Source: Lama glama (Eukaryota). Taken from it: a stretch of 64,000 bases of DNA. Position 1 is the stretch's first letter. Each line of letters starts with the position of its first letter. This document shows positions 14,307 to 27,709 of the stretch, one piece after another. A model generated the notes under the pieces. It made no database searches, was not told the origin of the DNA, and saw only the letters and a list, made by a program, of their open reading frames with translations. Made by a program: the position numbers and the translations under genes. The stretch covers positions 48,672,001 through 48,736,000 of the forward strand of contig CM052816.1 in NCBI GenBank assembly GCA_028534125.1, given 5' to 3'.

Positions 14307-14501
14307 TGCTTTTAGTATGTTGGGTTTAAGGTGTTCATTCCTCTGTTCAAAATTCAGTATTTTCAGTGCTTTCTATGTGCCAGACATTGCAATAGTTCCT
14401 GTAGTGGGAAACATCTAACAAGAGGTGTCCAGGTTTCTGATTTTTATAGTCAGCATCAGTCAATCAGATATCCTCCTAAACCAGTGATTAGGTGCTGGTC
14501 C

Positions 14502-14868
14502 TGCTATGAACTGAATCATCCCCCCAAATTCATAAGCTGGAGTCCTATCACACTGAAGAACAATGTGACAGTATTTGGAGAAGGGGGCTTTGGGAGATAA
14601 TTAGGTTTAGATGAGATCATGTGGGTAGAGCCTTTATGTTGAAACGAGTTCCTTGATCAGAAGAAACACCAGAGAGCTTGCGCTCCCCACCACGTGACAA
14701 TCCAATGAGAAGATCTGCAAGTCAGGAAGACAGCCCTAATCAGAAATTGACCATGCTACCACCTTGATCTTGGAATTCTAGCCTCCAAAATTGTGAGAAA
14801 TTAATTTCTAATATTTAAGTCACCCAGCTTATAGTAAATCACTATGACAGCCCAAGCTGATGAGGACA
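14502..14868 (+). mobile_element. MLT1A/B-type MaLR solo LTR
   Basis: tgctatgaactgaat...cccccaaattcat start; caccttgatcttggaattctagcctcca; cagcccaagctgatgaggaca end. Confidence 0.85.
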
Positions 14869-15994
14869 ATCCATTAGACTTATCTGGATCCACATCTTTG
14901 GGCAAAATCTATAAACTTTAGTAATTTTTATGCTTTCTTCAAGCAAATGATAAGACAACTTTTCAGAATACTGCTTTTGAAGGTTTTTTGTGCCTACTTT
15001 GAGTGAAAGCTTTATGGAAAGTGTGGTTGTAGCACAAAGAGATAAGAGATCTGGTATAATCTGCTGTGATAAACATACTAAACAATTTGTGGGAACAGTT
15101 TTAGCTCTGCTTACTAATGAATTTTTACTTAATTTTGCATCACAGAATTTTTTTTTGTTAGTTTGAAATGTGTCTACAAATCAGTTCGTTTAATCATTAC
15201 TTTGGCTCTGTGAATCAGATCACATATCAACTGTTTCTGAGACATTAGAACATTATGTGAAAAAAAAATCAAAATTCTGAAGTGTTCCTGCTACTCTTCT
15301 TAAATAGTATTTAGTAAATTGCAATGAAGAATACTTTGGCTAAAAGAGGTCCATTCTTCCTAGTTCCAACGATCCAAGACTAATAAGGACTGCCAGTCAT
15401 ATAATTTGTCAAATTCTTAAATCTGAGTTTATTGCTTGGTGCCAAAGTTGGTGGACTGCCTAAAAAGAGAAATATGTAGATAGATTCAGAGAAATTTGGA
15501 AATGTTATTACCCATGAATACTTTCAAACACCTCCAACTGTGTGTTGTTTGAATAAGAGTTAATAATCTCTCCCATTGCAAGCTGTGAGCCACTGGGTTA
15601 GGGCTGAAATCAGAGAGTGGATTGGACTTACCTCACCTCTCCTGCTCAAAGTTCCTTGTTGCTCAAAGGCAGAGGTGGTTGGATAAAACCACAAGACACA
15701 GAGAATTTGTAAGAGAGGGAAGATAATAGGTCAGGAGAGGCAGGTCTGATTCCCATTGTTTCTAGCAATGATTCTGCTACAATAAAGTAATAAAATTCCT
15801 ATTTTGCAAAGTCTACTTAAAATTTGGCCTCTGTCATTTGCAAAAGTATTTCTAATTAATACAAGGTTAAAGCTGTCTTAGTATATATTCTGAACGATTT
15901 CTTCCACTTTAGTTCTTATTATATGTCATGTATAATTGTCGATAAGGTTGAATGATAAAATCTATAGTGCACCTAAGTCAAAGATTATTATAAT

Positions 15995-16185
15995 GTTAGC
16001 CCTGTGACCTTAGACAACTAGGCTAAATGCTCTTCCTTAGGGGAGATAATGTCACCTACCACGTAGAATGCTGTGAGAATAAATTGAATGTTTGTGCGTG
16101 TGTGTGTGTGTGTGTGTGTTTGTGTGTGTGTTTAGCCTAGAACAGTGCTCTGGGAATATAACAGAAGCTCAATAAATGTTAATTA
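15995..16185 (+). mobile_element. MIR fragment with inserted (TG)n
   Basis: ctgtgaccttagacaa...gataatgtcacctacc...gctcaataaatgtta. (TG)n at 16093-16131. Confidence 0.6.
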
Positions 16186-16277
16186 ATATTATAAGAATGT
16201 CAAATAACAAACTGATATGAAAGTCTTACATAAGAGATAATTAGATGTGAACAACATCATGTTAAACCTTCTAATCT

Positions 16278-16495
16278 GTGGCTCAAACACTTTTTATTGC
16301 AGCCTGTGGTAAACAACAAATTTTACATGAACCAGCAAGCATACATACGGACACATATAATAAAAGTTTCACTTAGAAATATCTATATTATGTGTGATAT
16401 GTTTTAATATTTCTATTCTTTTCATTTTTAAATACTAATAACATCTCTCTAAATTGATTTTATGTCCAATGGATCACAGCTCCAATTTGAAAAAG
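16278..16495. mobile_element. hAT-Charlie-type MITE, degenerate
   Basis: ctcaaac...tttgaaaaa ends, with internal aaaagtttcac and ctaaattgatttt as in recalled MER-type hAT elements. Confidence 0.5.
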
Positions 16496-18131
16496 AATCT
16501 TCCAAAGTTCTGTTGACTTTTCAGTTCTTTGTGTTTATTGCCACCGCTCTATTACAATCAAATGATCACTGTTTCACAAAATTTGAAGTTTCATCATCCA
16601 ACCCACAATCTCTGACTTCAGATTAGGTTGTATTTATACCATTTTCGCAAATGACTGTATGTTTCTCATCACATTTGCTGTGCACTGTTTTGAATAATAC
16701 ATATTGTTATCACTTTTGACTATGGAGCAAAACTGGTGGAAAAAAGAATATTACTGGTAAATTTGTTTCTACCACTGTTACAATAAATTTGCTCCATTAT
16801 GTATTTTAATGTGCATTGCCAGTACCTTTATAATTTTTGTCATTACAATAAAATTCAGTTGTAGCTGTAAAAAAACACTGACATCAACCATGGAGTACTT
16901 TCGAAGGTCAGCTTGTTTAAACCTCATATCTATTGTGAAAGGAATATTATTGATAAAAGACCGAGCTAATTAAATTTCAGCTGCATCTAGCTGGCAGGTT
17001 CATGAGGCTTTTGTTCAGTTTCACTTTGGGCTGTGGCACCAGAGATGGCCGTATGTGACAGAAACATTCTACCAGAGATTTCATCACATTGGTAATGGCA
17101 CCCCAAGTTTGTTCAAGTAGTCAATAAAAACAATAAAGTAGATTTTGAGATTTATACATGTACAAAGATTTATCAAAAAATTAAATAATTGTAACAAAAT
17201 TAAGAAAATTTAATGCTGTGCAAATGCTGATGTATTATCTTGGATATATAAACTATATTGATATTTCTGTCATTAACTTGATTCTAACCACTTTGGGAAA
17301 GAAAGCTGACATTCTCATTTTATTTCTCTATAAGGACAATTCTAAAAATACCACTTTTTTCATTACTTAAATTATTCATGAATCTTACTGAAAACAGCGA
17401 TGACCTTGGATTAAGAACAAAGGGCCCAGGTCAAATGATCTCTTCTAGACTATCCATCAAGCTTGAACTTAATCATTTCTTAGACCTGGGCTATTTTTCC
17501 TTACTCATTCTCCCTTGCTTCGTATTATGATAGAGAAATTCAATGAATTTGCTTTACCCTTTCCTTTTACTGAGCACTATCCTTTGTCCCAGTATGCCAC
17601 TGGAAAATCATTGTCATTTTAGGAAAAGACAGAAAAATAGCAGCTCCAACCAAGTGTGACCATGATCAGCTGACATATATCATAGTGTGATAAAAGTCCA
17701 GCTATAGAAAAGAGTGGACAAGAAGAGATTTGTACAATCTGGTCAACCAGTACAGTTCTTTATAGCCTCTTCCATCACAACACTTGCATATCTTAGCACA
17801 TTTGGTAAAATAAAAATTTTTAAAAAGATGTAAAAGTGACCACATATTGCCAATTGGTCATATAAGAGAAACCTTTGCAGGATGATTTGTTCTATAAGAT
17901 GTTTGGTCCATGCCAAAATGTCCTTGAAATTTCGTCCTGTCTAGAACATCCATGAGTATATTTCATCTATGCCATCTGGCTTTGGACAGGACCAAATAAG
18001 AATCTTTTGGTGTGGACCATGTCTTATGCATGCTTTGGACAGGACCAAATGTTTGTTAACTGAGAAAACACACATTTAGAAATACTAGAATTTTCAAACA
18101 ATGACAGAGAAATTGCTTAAGTATCATTGAG

Positions 18132-18633
18132 TATATTAGTTTTCTGTTGCTGCTGTAACAACTAGAAACTTAGTGGCATAAAACAACACAGATTTATTAC
18201 CTTATAGTTCTAGAGTTCAGAAGTCAGATATATGTCTCACTGGGCTAAAATAAAGGTGTTAGCAAGATTGTGTTTCTTCCTGAAGACTCTTAGAGATCAT
18301 CTATTTCTTCACCTTTCTAGAATCCATTTGCATTCTTTGACTTGAGCTCCTTTCTTCTACCTTTAATGCCAGCAATGGCAGGTTGAACCCTTCACATACC
18401 TTGTCAGTCTGACCTATTCCACTGCCTCTTTCCTCCATTTTTAAGGAACTTTGAGATAACTTTTAAGGCCTGCTCATATAATCTAGGGTAATCTCTCATC
18501 TCAAAGTCAGGGGATTAACATACTTTATTATGCCTACAACCTTAATTACCTTTGCTCATGTAATATAAATTCATGGGTTCTAGGAATTAGAGTGTGAACA
18601 TTTTTGAAGGGGGGCATTATTCTGCTTACTACA
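18132..18633 (-). mobile_element. MLT1D-type MaLR solo LTR
   Basis: tattagttttctgttgctgctgtaacaa...cttagtggcataaaacaacacagatttat...ggggcattattctgcttactaca. Confidence 0.85.
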
Positions 18634-19042
18634 GAGGGAAATAACATATAATAAAAAAATCAAATTTCCACAGAACAACATACAGACAGAAATACTACAT
18701 AATATTTTCAACATTTCTAAGGAAAAGAGTATTAGGGTTAGATTTTATATCATATAACATGAAGGTACAGTAAATATAATTTTAGGCATAAAGGTTTTCA
18801 AAATGTCTTATATGAAAATTATTTTGAAGTACTTCCAGAATAAGAGAAATTATGCAAAAAGACTCTAAAATCTAGAAAAATAATGGTGACCAAGTAAACT
18901 TGTAAAGGTATTGCCCTGCAAGGTAGCAAACAGACTGTTTAAAAAACAATATATTTCTACCCACATTGGAGGTGAGGAGGTTATATTTTAGGTTTTATTT
19001 AAATTTGTTTAATTTAGTTTTAAATTGAAGTCTGGACATTTA

Positions 19043-19212
19043 CAGCTATGGCCAACAGTGGGTCAAATCTGGCCACATCCACTTCTTTATGTATTGCTTA
19101 TGGTTGATTTCATGTTACAATGAAAGAGTTGAGTAGTTGAGACAGAGACCAAATGGCCCACAGATCAAGATATTTATCTGTCCTTTTGCAGAAAAAAGTT
19201 TGCTGACTCCTG
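19043..19212 (-). mobile_element. MER58-like hAT MITE
   Basis: gagttgagtagttgagacagagacc...tttgcagaaaaaagtttgctgactcctg. Confidence 0.75.
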
Positions 19213-20636
19213 ATGTAAATTAAAAAGGGAAATGGTCATGTACTTAAGATTAAAAAAATGAACTGAAATAAAAATTGGTGGAACACATTAAAGCAAAAGA
19301 AAATTAAAAAAAAGAAATATGTTATTAGAAAACAGTCAAGTTTAGAAAATTCAGTTCAGCATTCAACACAGGTGATAATGGATAAGTAAAATTTGCTGGA
19401 TGCTTACAAAGGAATTCTATAAGAAGTTGGAAGCATTGATCTTGATATACATTCAGCAACCAAGACAGATCTCAAAAGCATAAAATTTTTTGGAAAAAAA
19501 GCACTATGAAAAAAAGCAGATATAATTAATATAAGTTGATACACAGATCCAAAGCACTACTAAATATTTTTGAATAATCAGTCGTAATCACTTTAGTGCA
19601 TGTTATTGGGAGTTTAATGTACTAGTAAAATTTAGGTTTGCTCTTTTTTGTGTTTGGGTCCAGATTTTAAAATAATAAATAATCATGAAAATTATATGCA
19701 TATATATTACATTAATAATCTATGCTATATTTTAGACTACATTGAGGCTTCTCTTAGAATGTTAGTTAAAATATAACTTAGAAACATTAGTTAAAATATA
19801 ACATTTTTTTTAAATGCTAATGTTTATCTGACCTAGAAAAGAAGTGAAAACTCCTAGTTTCTGAAAGAAAGAATGGATTCTAAGACAAAGCCACAAACTT
19901 AAGCTGATGCTTTGACAAATCAAGGGCTAGAAAAAACAGACATAAGTCTAACATCTGAAAATAAGATAGCGGAGATCCTTGTTTTGACTGTAAGTACACA
20001 TCCATTTGGTAAGCTGACACACAGCAAATCAATTCCTTCTTTCCTTTACTATCTCCATTTTGTTATCTAATTGTCAATGTGTGTGCTAGTCTCCATGATG
20101 CACTAGCATTTATTTTCCTAGTTTACTACCTTCTCCTTCATGTCTCGTCCATACCAAATAGCATAAAATTAAAATAATTTATGTTAATTACAAAATCATA
20201 TCACCCCAATGCCATCTAATTCATACTTCTGTTAAGATAAAATATTTTCAGAAATTTTATTATTTTTAAGCTGTAATGATTGCTTCTGCTTCTGGACTTA
20301 TGAGTAACTAGGGACTCTGAGGAATACACCTGTTCCACCACAACTAGATTTCAGAAATAACGAACTCTGAAAAACATTCCTAGTATCATAGCATTAAGGA
20401 GAAATCTAAAGAGACACCAATTCACACAAGCACAAGAAGAAAATAAAGAAAAGCAAACTAAAAACAAGAGTTGAGCCAAAAGAATCTTTGAGGGTATCGG
20501 GAGTGTTCAGAAGTAGGCAAATTTTATGGTAAGTTGAACTAGGCATACCATGGGTTGGAGCAGAAATACATTAGACACTGATTTGGCTACTAGGGATAGA
20601 AATGATGCAAAAATAAATGACTGGAAAATGATATAT

Positions 20637-21003
20637 TGTTTTAGTCAGTTCTAGTCAGTCAGGGCTGTCATAACAAAATACCATAGACTGGGTGGCTTAA
20701 ATATATATTTATTTATCATAGTTGTGAAGGCTGAAAGTCCAAGATCAAGGAGCCAGCAGATTTGGTGTCTTGAGAACACTCCTCTCAGCTTACAGATGGC
20801 TGTCTTCTTGCTGTGTCCTCACGTGGCAAAGAGAGGGAAAGAGACCTCATTCATGTCTTTTCTCATGAGGGCATTGATCTCATCATGAAGACTCTACCCT
20901 CCTGTCTTAATTGCCTATCAAAGCCCCCTTTTCCAGTACTATCACACGGTGGGGCAGGACTTCAACATATGAATTTGGAGGGAACACAATTCAGTACATA
21001 GCG
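20637..21003 (-). mobile_element. MLT1A-type MaLR solo LTR
   Basis: gggctgtcataacaaaataccatagactgggtggcttaa...ttcaacatatgaatttggagggaacacaattcagtacatagc. Confidence 0.85.
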
Positions 21004-21049
21004 TTTGCAAAGCAAATGATAATTAAATATCTGGTATTTGGTTTAAGAC

Positions 21050-21720
21050 AAAAAGAACTGATTATAAAAGGATTTCATATAATAATAGAAAGATCAATTC
21101 TTCAGGAGGAATAGCAAATTAAAATAATTATGTATCTGGAAAAAACCCTCAAAACATATAGGACAAAATTTTGGTAAAACTGCAGTGGAAAATTAGACAT
21201 GTCTAATAACATATTTGTATACTCAACATACCTCCTTTTGTAATAACTACAGCAGAGAAAAAAAGACTAAAAAATTGGAAAATGGATTAACAGGCATTTA
21301 AACAGAATTTACACATTTTCTCAACTATGCAGATAATTTATAGGAGAATTTCTATAAAGTTATATAAAGCAGAATTTCTATAAAAGCTTATACTAGAATA
21401 ATAAAAGCAAGCATGCAATATTTTCAGTTTAAGCAAAATATGTGAACATTCACTTCACAAAATGAAACAGTTAAGACTAGTAAGAACACAAGATGCTGAT
21501 TGGCCTCATTAGGAATCCAGCAAATGCAAAGCAAAAATCATAATAAAATATTTTTTGCCATTTCATTGCTATAAATTAAAAGTTTGAAAATATCAAGGTT
21601 TTGAGAACATATAGATCAATAGGATATTTTGTTTTTTATGTTCATGAAATTGTAATTTGTACAACCAGTTAAGACGATGGTTTGATAAAGCCTTGTAAAG
21701 TCACAAATTCAATTCTCCTC
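21050..21720 (+). mobile_element. Highly decayed old L1 fragments
   Basis: gaacattcacttcacaaa...cctcattaggaatccagcaaatgcaaa resembles the L1M ORF2 3' region. Confidence 0.45.
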
Positions 21721-21769
21721 ACTATTCTGGTCTTCCATCACTGCATACGCACTCTAATATTTATTTTGT

Positions 21770-24130
21770 AGATTATTTATGATTTTCCACATTAAGATTC
21801 TATCTTTGCAAAAAAAAAAAATTCTGTCTTTGCAAATGCAGACAATTTTACTTCTTCCTGGCTTTATACCTTTTAAAGTCCATTTACATTCAGTATAATT
21901 ATTTACTTATTTGATTGGATTTACTTCTGCTGTTCTGTTAATTGTCTCCTGCTTGTGTCATCTGTCTTTTTTCATTTCTCTTTTTCTCCATTTCTACCTA
22001 CTCTGAAGTTAGTTGACTTTGTGTTTAGAATTCCATTCAAATTTATTTTGGCTATTTTTTTGGCCATTTCAAGCCTAAGCTTTTATAATTTTCAATTAAA
22101 TTCTTTGTTTTAAAATAAACATAGATTTACATACAGCTTAAGAAATAATACAGAAGTATCTTATACCAATTTTATTTATTCAGTTTCCCAAAACAAGAGC
22201 AACTTACAACCTATAGTGTGATATCAAAATCAAGATATTGATATTGATATAGGCAAAATAGAGTACAATTCTGTTATCAAAGATTTTCTTGTTAGTTTAT
22301 AGAGTCACACACTCCTCTCTCCTGTGCCTGGCCCCTGGCAATAAATCACTAATTAGTTCTTAATTTCTTCTCCATTTCTGTGATTTTGTCATTTCAAGAT
22401 CGTTATGTAAATAGGATCTTACAGTGTGTTTTTTGGTGGATTGAATTTTTTTAATTTAATACAAGTCTTTAGAGATTCATTTCAAATTTTATGTGTTCAT
22501 TCATTTTTATTGTTGAATAGTATTCCATGGCCTGTGTGTACCATTGTTTGTTTAACCATTCAGCTGTCAAAGGATATTTGATTTATTTCTAGTCTCTGGC
22601 TATATAAGTAAAGCTTCTATGAGCATTCATGTATAGGTCTTTTATTTGCCTCATAAAGCTTTATAGCTATAATTCTTTACATGATTTTTAGAGATTTCTC
22701 AAAGATTAACATATCTACCCCTAAGATTTCTCACTCAGAATTCATATTGTACCCCATCTCATAAAATGAAGAAATTTTTCAATCTTATAATTACATTTGC
22801 CATATCTTATGTATTACATCTATGTGTATTATGAATCCCATAATTCAGTGCTACATTTTAATGTAATCATATGTATCTAAAGGAAATTAGGAGAAAAATA
22901 TATGTTAAGAATGCTACTCATCCCTTTTTGGGTATTCAGTTATCCATCTGATATTATTTCTATTCAGCCATTAGTATTGCTTCTAGTGCAAGTCTAGCAG
23001 TAACATTCTTAGTTTTCTTTTTCTGAATTATCTTTATTATGCTATCCTTATTACAGACATTTACCATGGATATAGTATCATGGGGTTGATTTTTTCCTCA
23101 TATATTGTAAGGATATTGCTTGAATGTCATTATATCTCCATAGTTTTGGATATTAAGTCAGCAACCACTTAAATCATTGTTACACTGTACATACTGTGTC
23201 TCCCTTCTTTCTCTTGTCCCTGGCTGCTTTCAAGATTTTCTGTCTATCTTCACTTTTTAGCATTTTGATAATAATGTGCCTAGGCATGATTTTCTTTAGT
23301 TTGATTCTCTATAGGATTTGTTGAGTTTCTTAAATATTTGAATATATTACTTTCAGCAAAGTTGGGAAATCCTTCCGTCTGCCCTATTATCTATCTTTCT
23401 TCTTGGTGTGGAGGACCTAATACACATGTTTGATCTTTTGATATTTTCCCACAGGTCTCTGAGGCTCTGTTTATTTCTTTTCAATATATTTACTCTATCT
23501 TCTCTGATTTTATAATTTATATTGATTGAATTGCTTATCCATTAACTCCTTCCCTTTTTTTTTTATTTGAGAATGGGCCAGATGTTCATGGATCTTTGTA
23601 TATTGCATATTATTACTTACTAATGAATTGCATTGTGAACATTATGGATGTTATGTTTACTGTGAAGACTTAGTGTTCTGTTATATTCTTTAAAGAGTTT
23701 TTTGCTTGTCTGTTCCTTTTTTATGGTAGAAGTTAATTTAATCAGGTTTAAAATGTGAATTCCTTTTCTTGGGCAGCAGTTAAATTTCAGGTTTATCTTA
23801 ACCTTTCAAAGGAGTCTGTGGTTTGCTCTTTACATATAGAATTTAGGGGTCACTTCAGAATTTAGGCAGAGTGTATATTCAGAATTTAAGGCTCTAATCT
23901 ATGATTCTCTCCTTTCCAGGACTTCCCGTCATTTCCAGGTGCTATAGTATCCATGAATTCTATCTTTGATTATTCAAGCTGATGTGACTTTGAATTTCTT
24001 TCTGAGTTCCAGCTAACACTTGAAACACTGGCTTGGGCTTGTCTTTGGATAAAAACCTCTCTTAGTGATGTTACTCTCAATTGTTGATCTTCCTCTATTT
24101 TCCACCAGATTTGGGTCACTAACCAATGAA
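21770..24130 (-). mobile_element. Nested old L1 fragments (L1MC/ME 3' piece within ORF1/5' pieces)
   Basis: agatttacatacagcttaagaaataatacaga (3' end), tggctgctttcaagattttc and cccacaggtctctgaggctctgtttattt (ORF1 region). Confidence 0.65.
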
Positions 24131-26419
24131 TGACGAACTAATAGTCATTTTCAGTTTTGCTCTTCATTTCCACTACTACTGAACAAATTCTCAAAATGAA
24201 ATTTTGGGATATTATGTCTGCAATTTGCCATGCCATCAACAAACTAATAATCACTGTATCTTACCTGGATTATATATATATAATCACATATCACATACAT
24301 ATGCATGTATGTATATATGTATGTAGGTAGGTATGTAAGCTTCTTTCATCTATTTCTATATTCATTAGTAAAAATTAATACAAAACCTCAATTGTCATTT
24401 AGATAAACTCATTGATTCTCAACACAGTTCAAATGCATCTAAAATATATTTTTTTTAACTTTAGGCTAAATTCTCATACTTAGTAATACCAGGTGAAATT
24501 ATTCCAGTAAACATGAAGCTATAGAAATATTTCAATATGTATCAAAGTATATTTTCATTGCAAAAAGAGTTTGGTTTTTTAACTGTTGTTCTATTTGTCT
24601 TACTTATCCTCAGTTGCTTACACTAAAAGTAAAAGTTTCTTACACTGTCTGTGAAATGTTATTAAAAAACCACATTAGTCCAATAAAAATGTATTCTACA
24701 TTAAATCAGTGCTCACTGTTAGTAAAACTATGTCTTTGTGTGGTCCCACAACCTGGTTTTAGTTGTTACATATATGAGAAAGAATGTGGTCAACTCATCA
24801 TCTAACTGGAAGTTTTTTCCCCCATCTTGGCTGCAAACTTTTCTCAAGTGTATAGACATATTCTAACATGCAGTCAAGTGTTGAGTATATGACATATTTT
24901 ACAACATTCTGTGGCATTTCCTTTTTTTAAACATGTTTACTTTGGAAGTAAACTGACTGTCTATTAGGTAAAGACAGACTCAAAATCCCTGGAAAGGTAT
25001 AAAACAGATGTTAGTAACATAGCCAACTACATTTGTAATGCAACTTCACCACATCACGTACTAATGAGATACTGCTTAGTAGCACTCACATTCCACTTGA
25101 ATATAGACTGTCATATTATGGAGGAATTTTATGAAAAAGTCAAATGATTTCTTTAGACTATACAATTTTCAACAGCTTTGAATATGGTTATCCCCATAAT
25201 TATCATTTTAATGTACTGATTTTCAGCCCCTAGTTATTGATAGTTTTTTCATGCCTAAATGTGGCCAATAGCTTTAAATAATTTTCTTAGTACCTTATTA
25301 AAAATTTAATAATTAAAATTTTAAAGTAAATCTTCAAATTTAACTATATCCAAAAATTATTAATTTGTGTCTGAGTTTCTGGTAAAGAAATTTATATAGA
25401 AATGGTGCCCTCTAAAGACTAAACTCCAAAAATAAGCTAGAGTCTAGGCCACTGATTATTTAAAATATGTATTATTTTAAAAATGTATTTGAAAAATATA
25501 TATAAATATATTGATAATAGTAATAATTGGCATTTAAACAATGTCCAGAGAAAAAAGTATGCTTTTTCATAAAAGGATCTTTACATTGACAATTTTTCAC
25601 ACTGATAATTTGCAGACTCTGTAAATTCTTGAACTTTTTTTTTTAAAGTATTCTATAAACTCTGTACTCTTATATTTGAGGAACTCATAAGGGTATTCAA
25701 GCCTGCAATAATTCCTGAGTGAGTAACCTATCCACTGTTAGTTGGAGAGTCTTTAATGACAATTAAATTTTAAAAATGTCAACTACTACTTACCCTAAAG
25801 CAAGTCATACAGAGTTGTTCATCTGTCAAGGCATCATTGTTTCTATTAGTTCTGCAAAAATAAAGTTTAATTTCATATTGTTTTTATAAAAGTATTAGAA
25901 AAAAAATGTTCATATGTATTTGGTGATATCTAGCTTCTAAGGAGTTTTTATGTGGCAGTTCTTAGTAAATTATATAAGCACATACCCTGGTATGAAGCCA
26001 TCCTGGCTCTAAAGAGTCGTCTTTCAGACATATTTTTTAAAGAAGAATAAAATAACTTATACAAGATTATTTATTGCAGTATTGAATTTTAAGAAAAAAG
26101 TAAAAAGAAAGAAATAGTTAAATGATTTGTGGGATAGTCATAAAGAAGAATGTTATGTGGACATTAAAAAGAGTGAGGAAATTTCAGTAATTGATAAAAA
26201 AAACTGTGAAGGATTTAAATGAAACTTCAAGGTGTAAAAGAGTCTTTACATTGTGCTACTAGTGTTAAATATACTAAATACGTCATACATATAAATACTA
26301 TTTTAAACAACTTTAGTTTTGTAGTCTACCTTTGTAAGGATAAAAAGAACTGATATTTCTCAGACAATAATAGCTCTATATATGGGTAGAAAAATACACT
26401 GTTTACTGTTTTGTCTTTG

Positions 26420-27700
26420 TTTTTAATTGAAATATTAATTAATTGCCAGTTCACATGTAGTTATAAGAAATAATACAGAGAGATCTCTTTTATACCTTGC
26501 CCAGTTAAACCCCATGCAAATGTTTTTAAAATTATAATGTAGAATCATAATTAAGATATCTACATTGATAAAATCCATCAATTTTATTTAATTTTCACCA
26601 GTTTTATTTCCACTTGTGTGTGTGTATATGAGTTCTATACAATTTTACAACACATGTAGCTTCATATATTCACAACTACAGTCCCGATACTGAAAAGTTC
26701 AAGCACCACCAGGATCTCTCCTATTGTCCTTTTACAGTGAACTTCATTTCCCTTCAAGCCCTCATTTCTAACTCCTGACCATGACTAATCTTTTCATTTC
26801 TCAACTTCAGTTATTTCAATTTTATAAAAAGGAATCATATAATATAACTTTTGGGATCAGCTTTTTAAACTCAGTGTAATTCCTTGGAGATTAATTAAAT
26901 CATTGCATGTATCAACAACCTGAATAGAACTCCAGTGTTTATGTGTATCAAATTATTAACTTTTCATCTCTAAAAGATATCTTGCCTGATTCCAGTTTTT
27001 GACTATTACAAATAATGCTGATATGAACATTCACCTGTAGGTTTTTGTGTGAATTTAAGTTTTAATTTCTGTGTTATAAATACTTCAAAATGCAATTACT
27101 TGGTCTACCAAGTTATTTTTCATAGTAGCTGTTCCATTTTACGTTCCTTCCAGCAATGTGTGAGTGATCCAGTTTCTTCACATCCTCACAGAATTTTGTT
27201 TGTCACAGTTTTTTTTTTATTTACTTTTTCTGGTAGCTGTGTATGATATTTCATTGTGGTTTAATTTGCATTCCCTAATATCTAATGATGTTATCCATAT
27301 TTTCATGAATTTATTTGCCATCTGTATACCAACTTTGGTGAAATGTCTGTTCATGACTTTTGCCCATATTTTAATTGGGTTGTTTTTATACTGTTGAGTT
27401 TTGAGAGTTCTTTTTATATATTCAATATACTAGGCCTTTGTTGGATATGTGGATTGAAAATATTTTCTCCCAGTCTGTAACTTGTCTTTTCAGCCTCTTC
27501 ACATGAATTTTCTTTTTCATAGAGAAAAGGTTTTTAAAATTGGTGAGGCCTGGTTTATCAATTTTTCCTTTTATACATTGTGCTTTTGAAGTTAAGTCTG
27601 AAAACGCTAACCTTGTATCCTGAAACTTTTCCAACTTTTTTTTCTAAAAGTTTAATCATTTTTGTTTGTTTTTTCTTAAGGCTATGAGATCTATTTTAGA
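26420..27700 (-). mobile_element. L1MC-like 3' end plus ORF2 C-terminus
   Basis: ttcacatgtagttataagaaataatacagagagatc. ORF 27422-27634 (LKRQVTDWEKIF...SNKGLV) is L1 ORF2-like. Confidence 0.8.
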
Positions 27701-27709
27701 TAAATTTTT

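Noticed and set aside
17979..18050. 19-bp direct repeats with a 34-bp spacer resembling a CRISPR unit
   Set aside because: Only two exact copies, in mammalian DNA with no cas genes. Part of the mirror array reported above.
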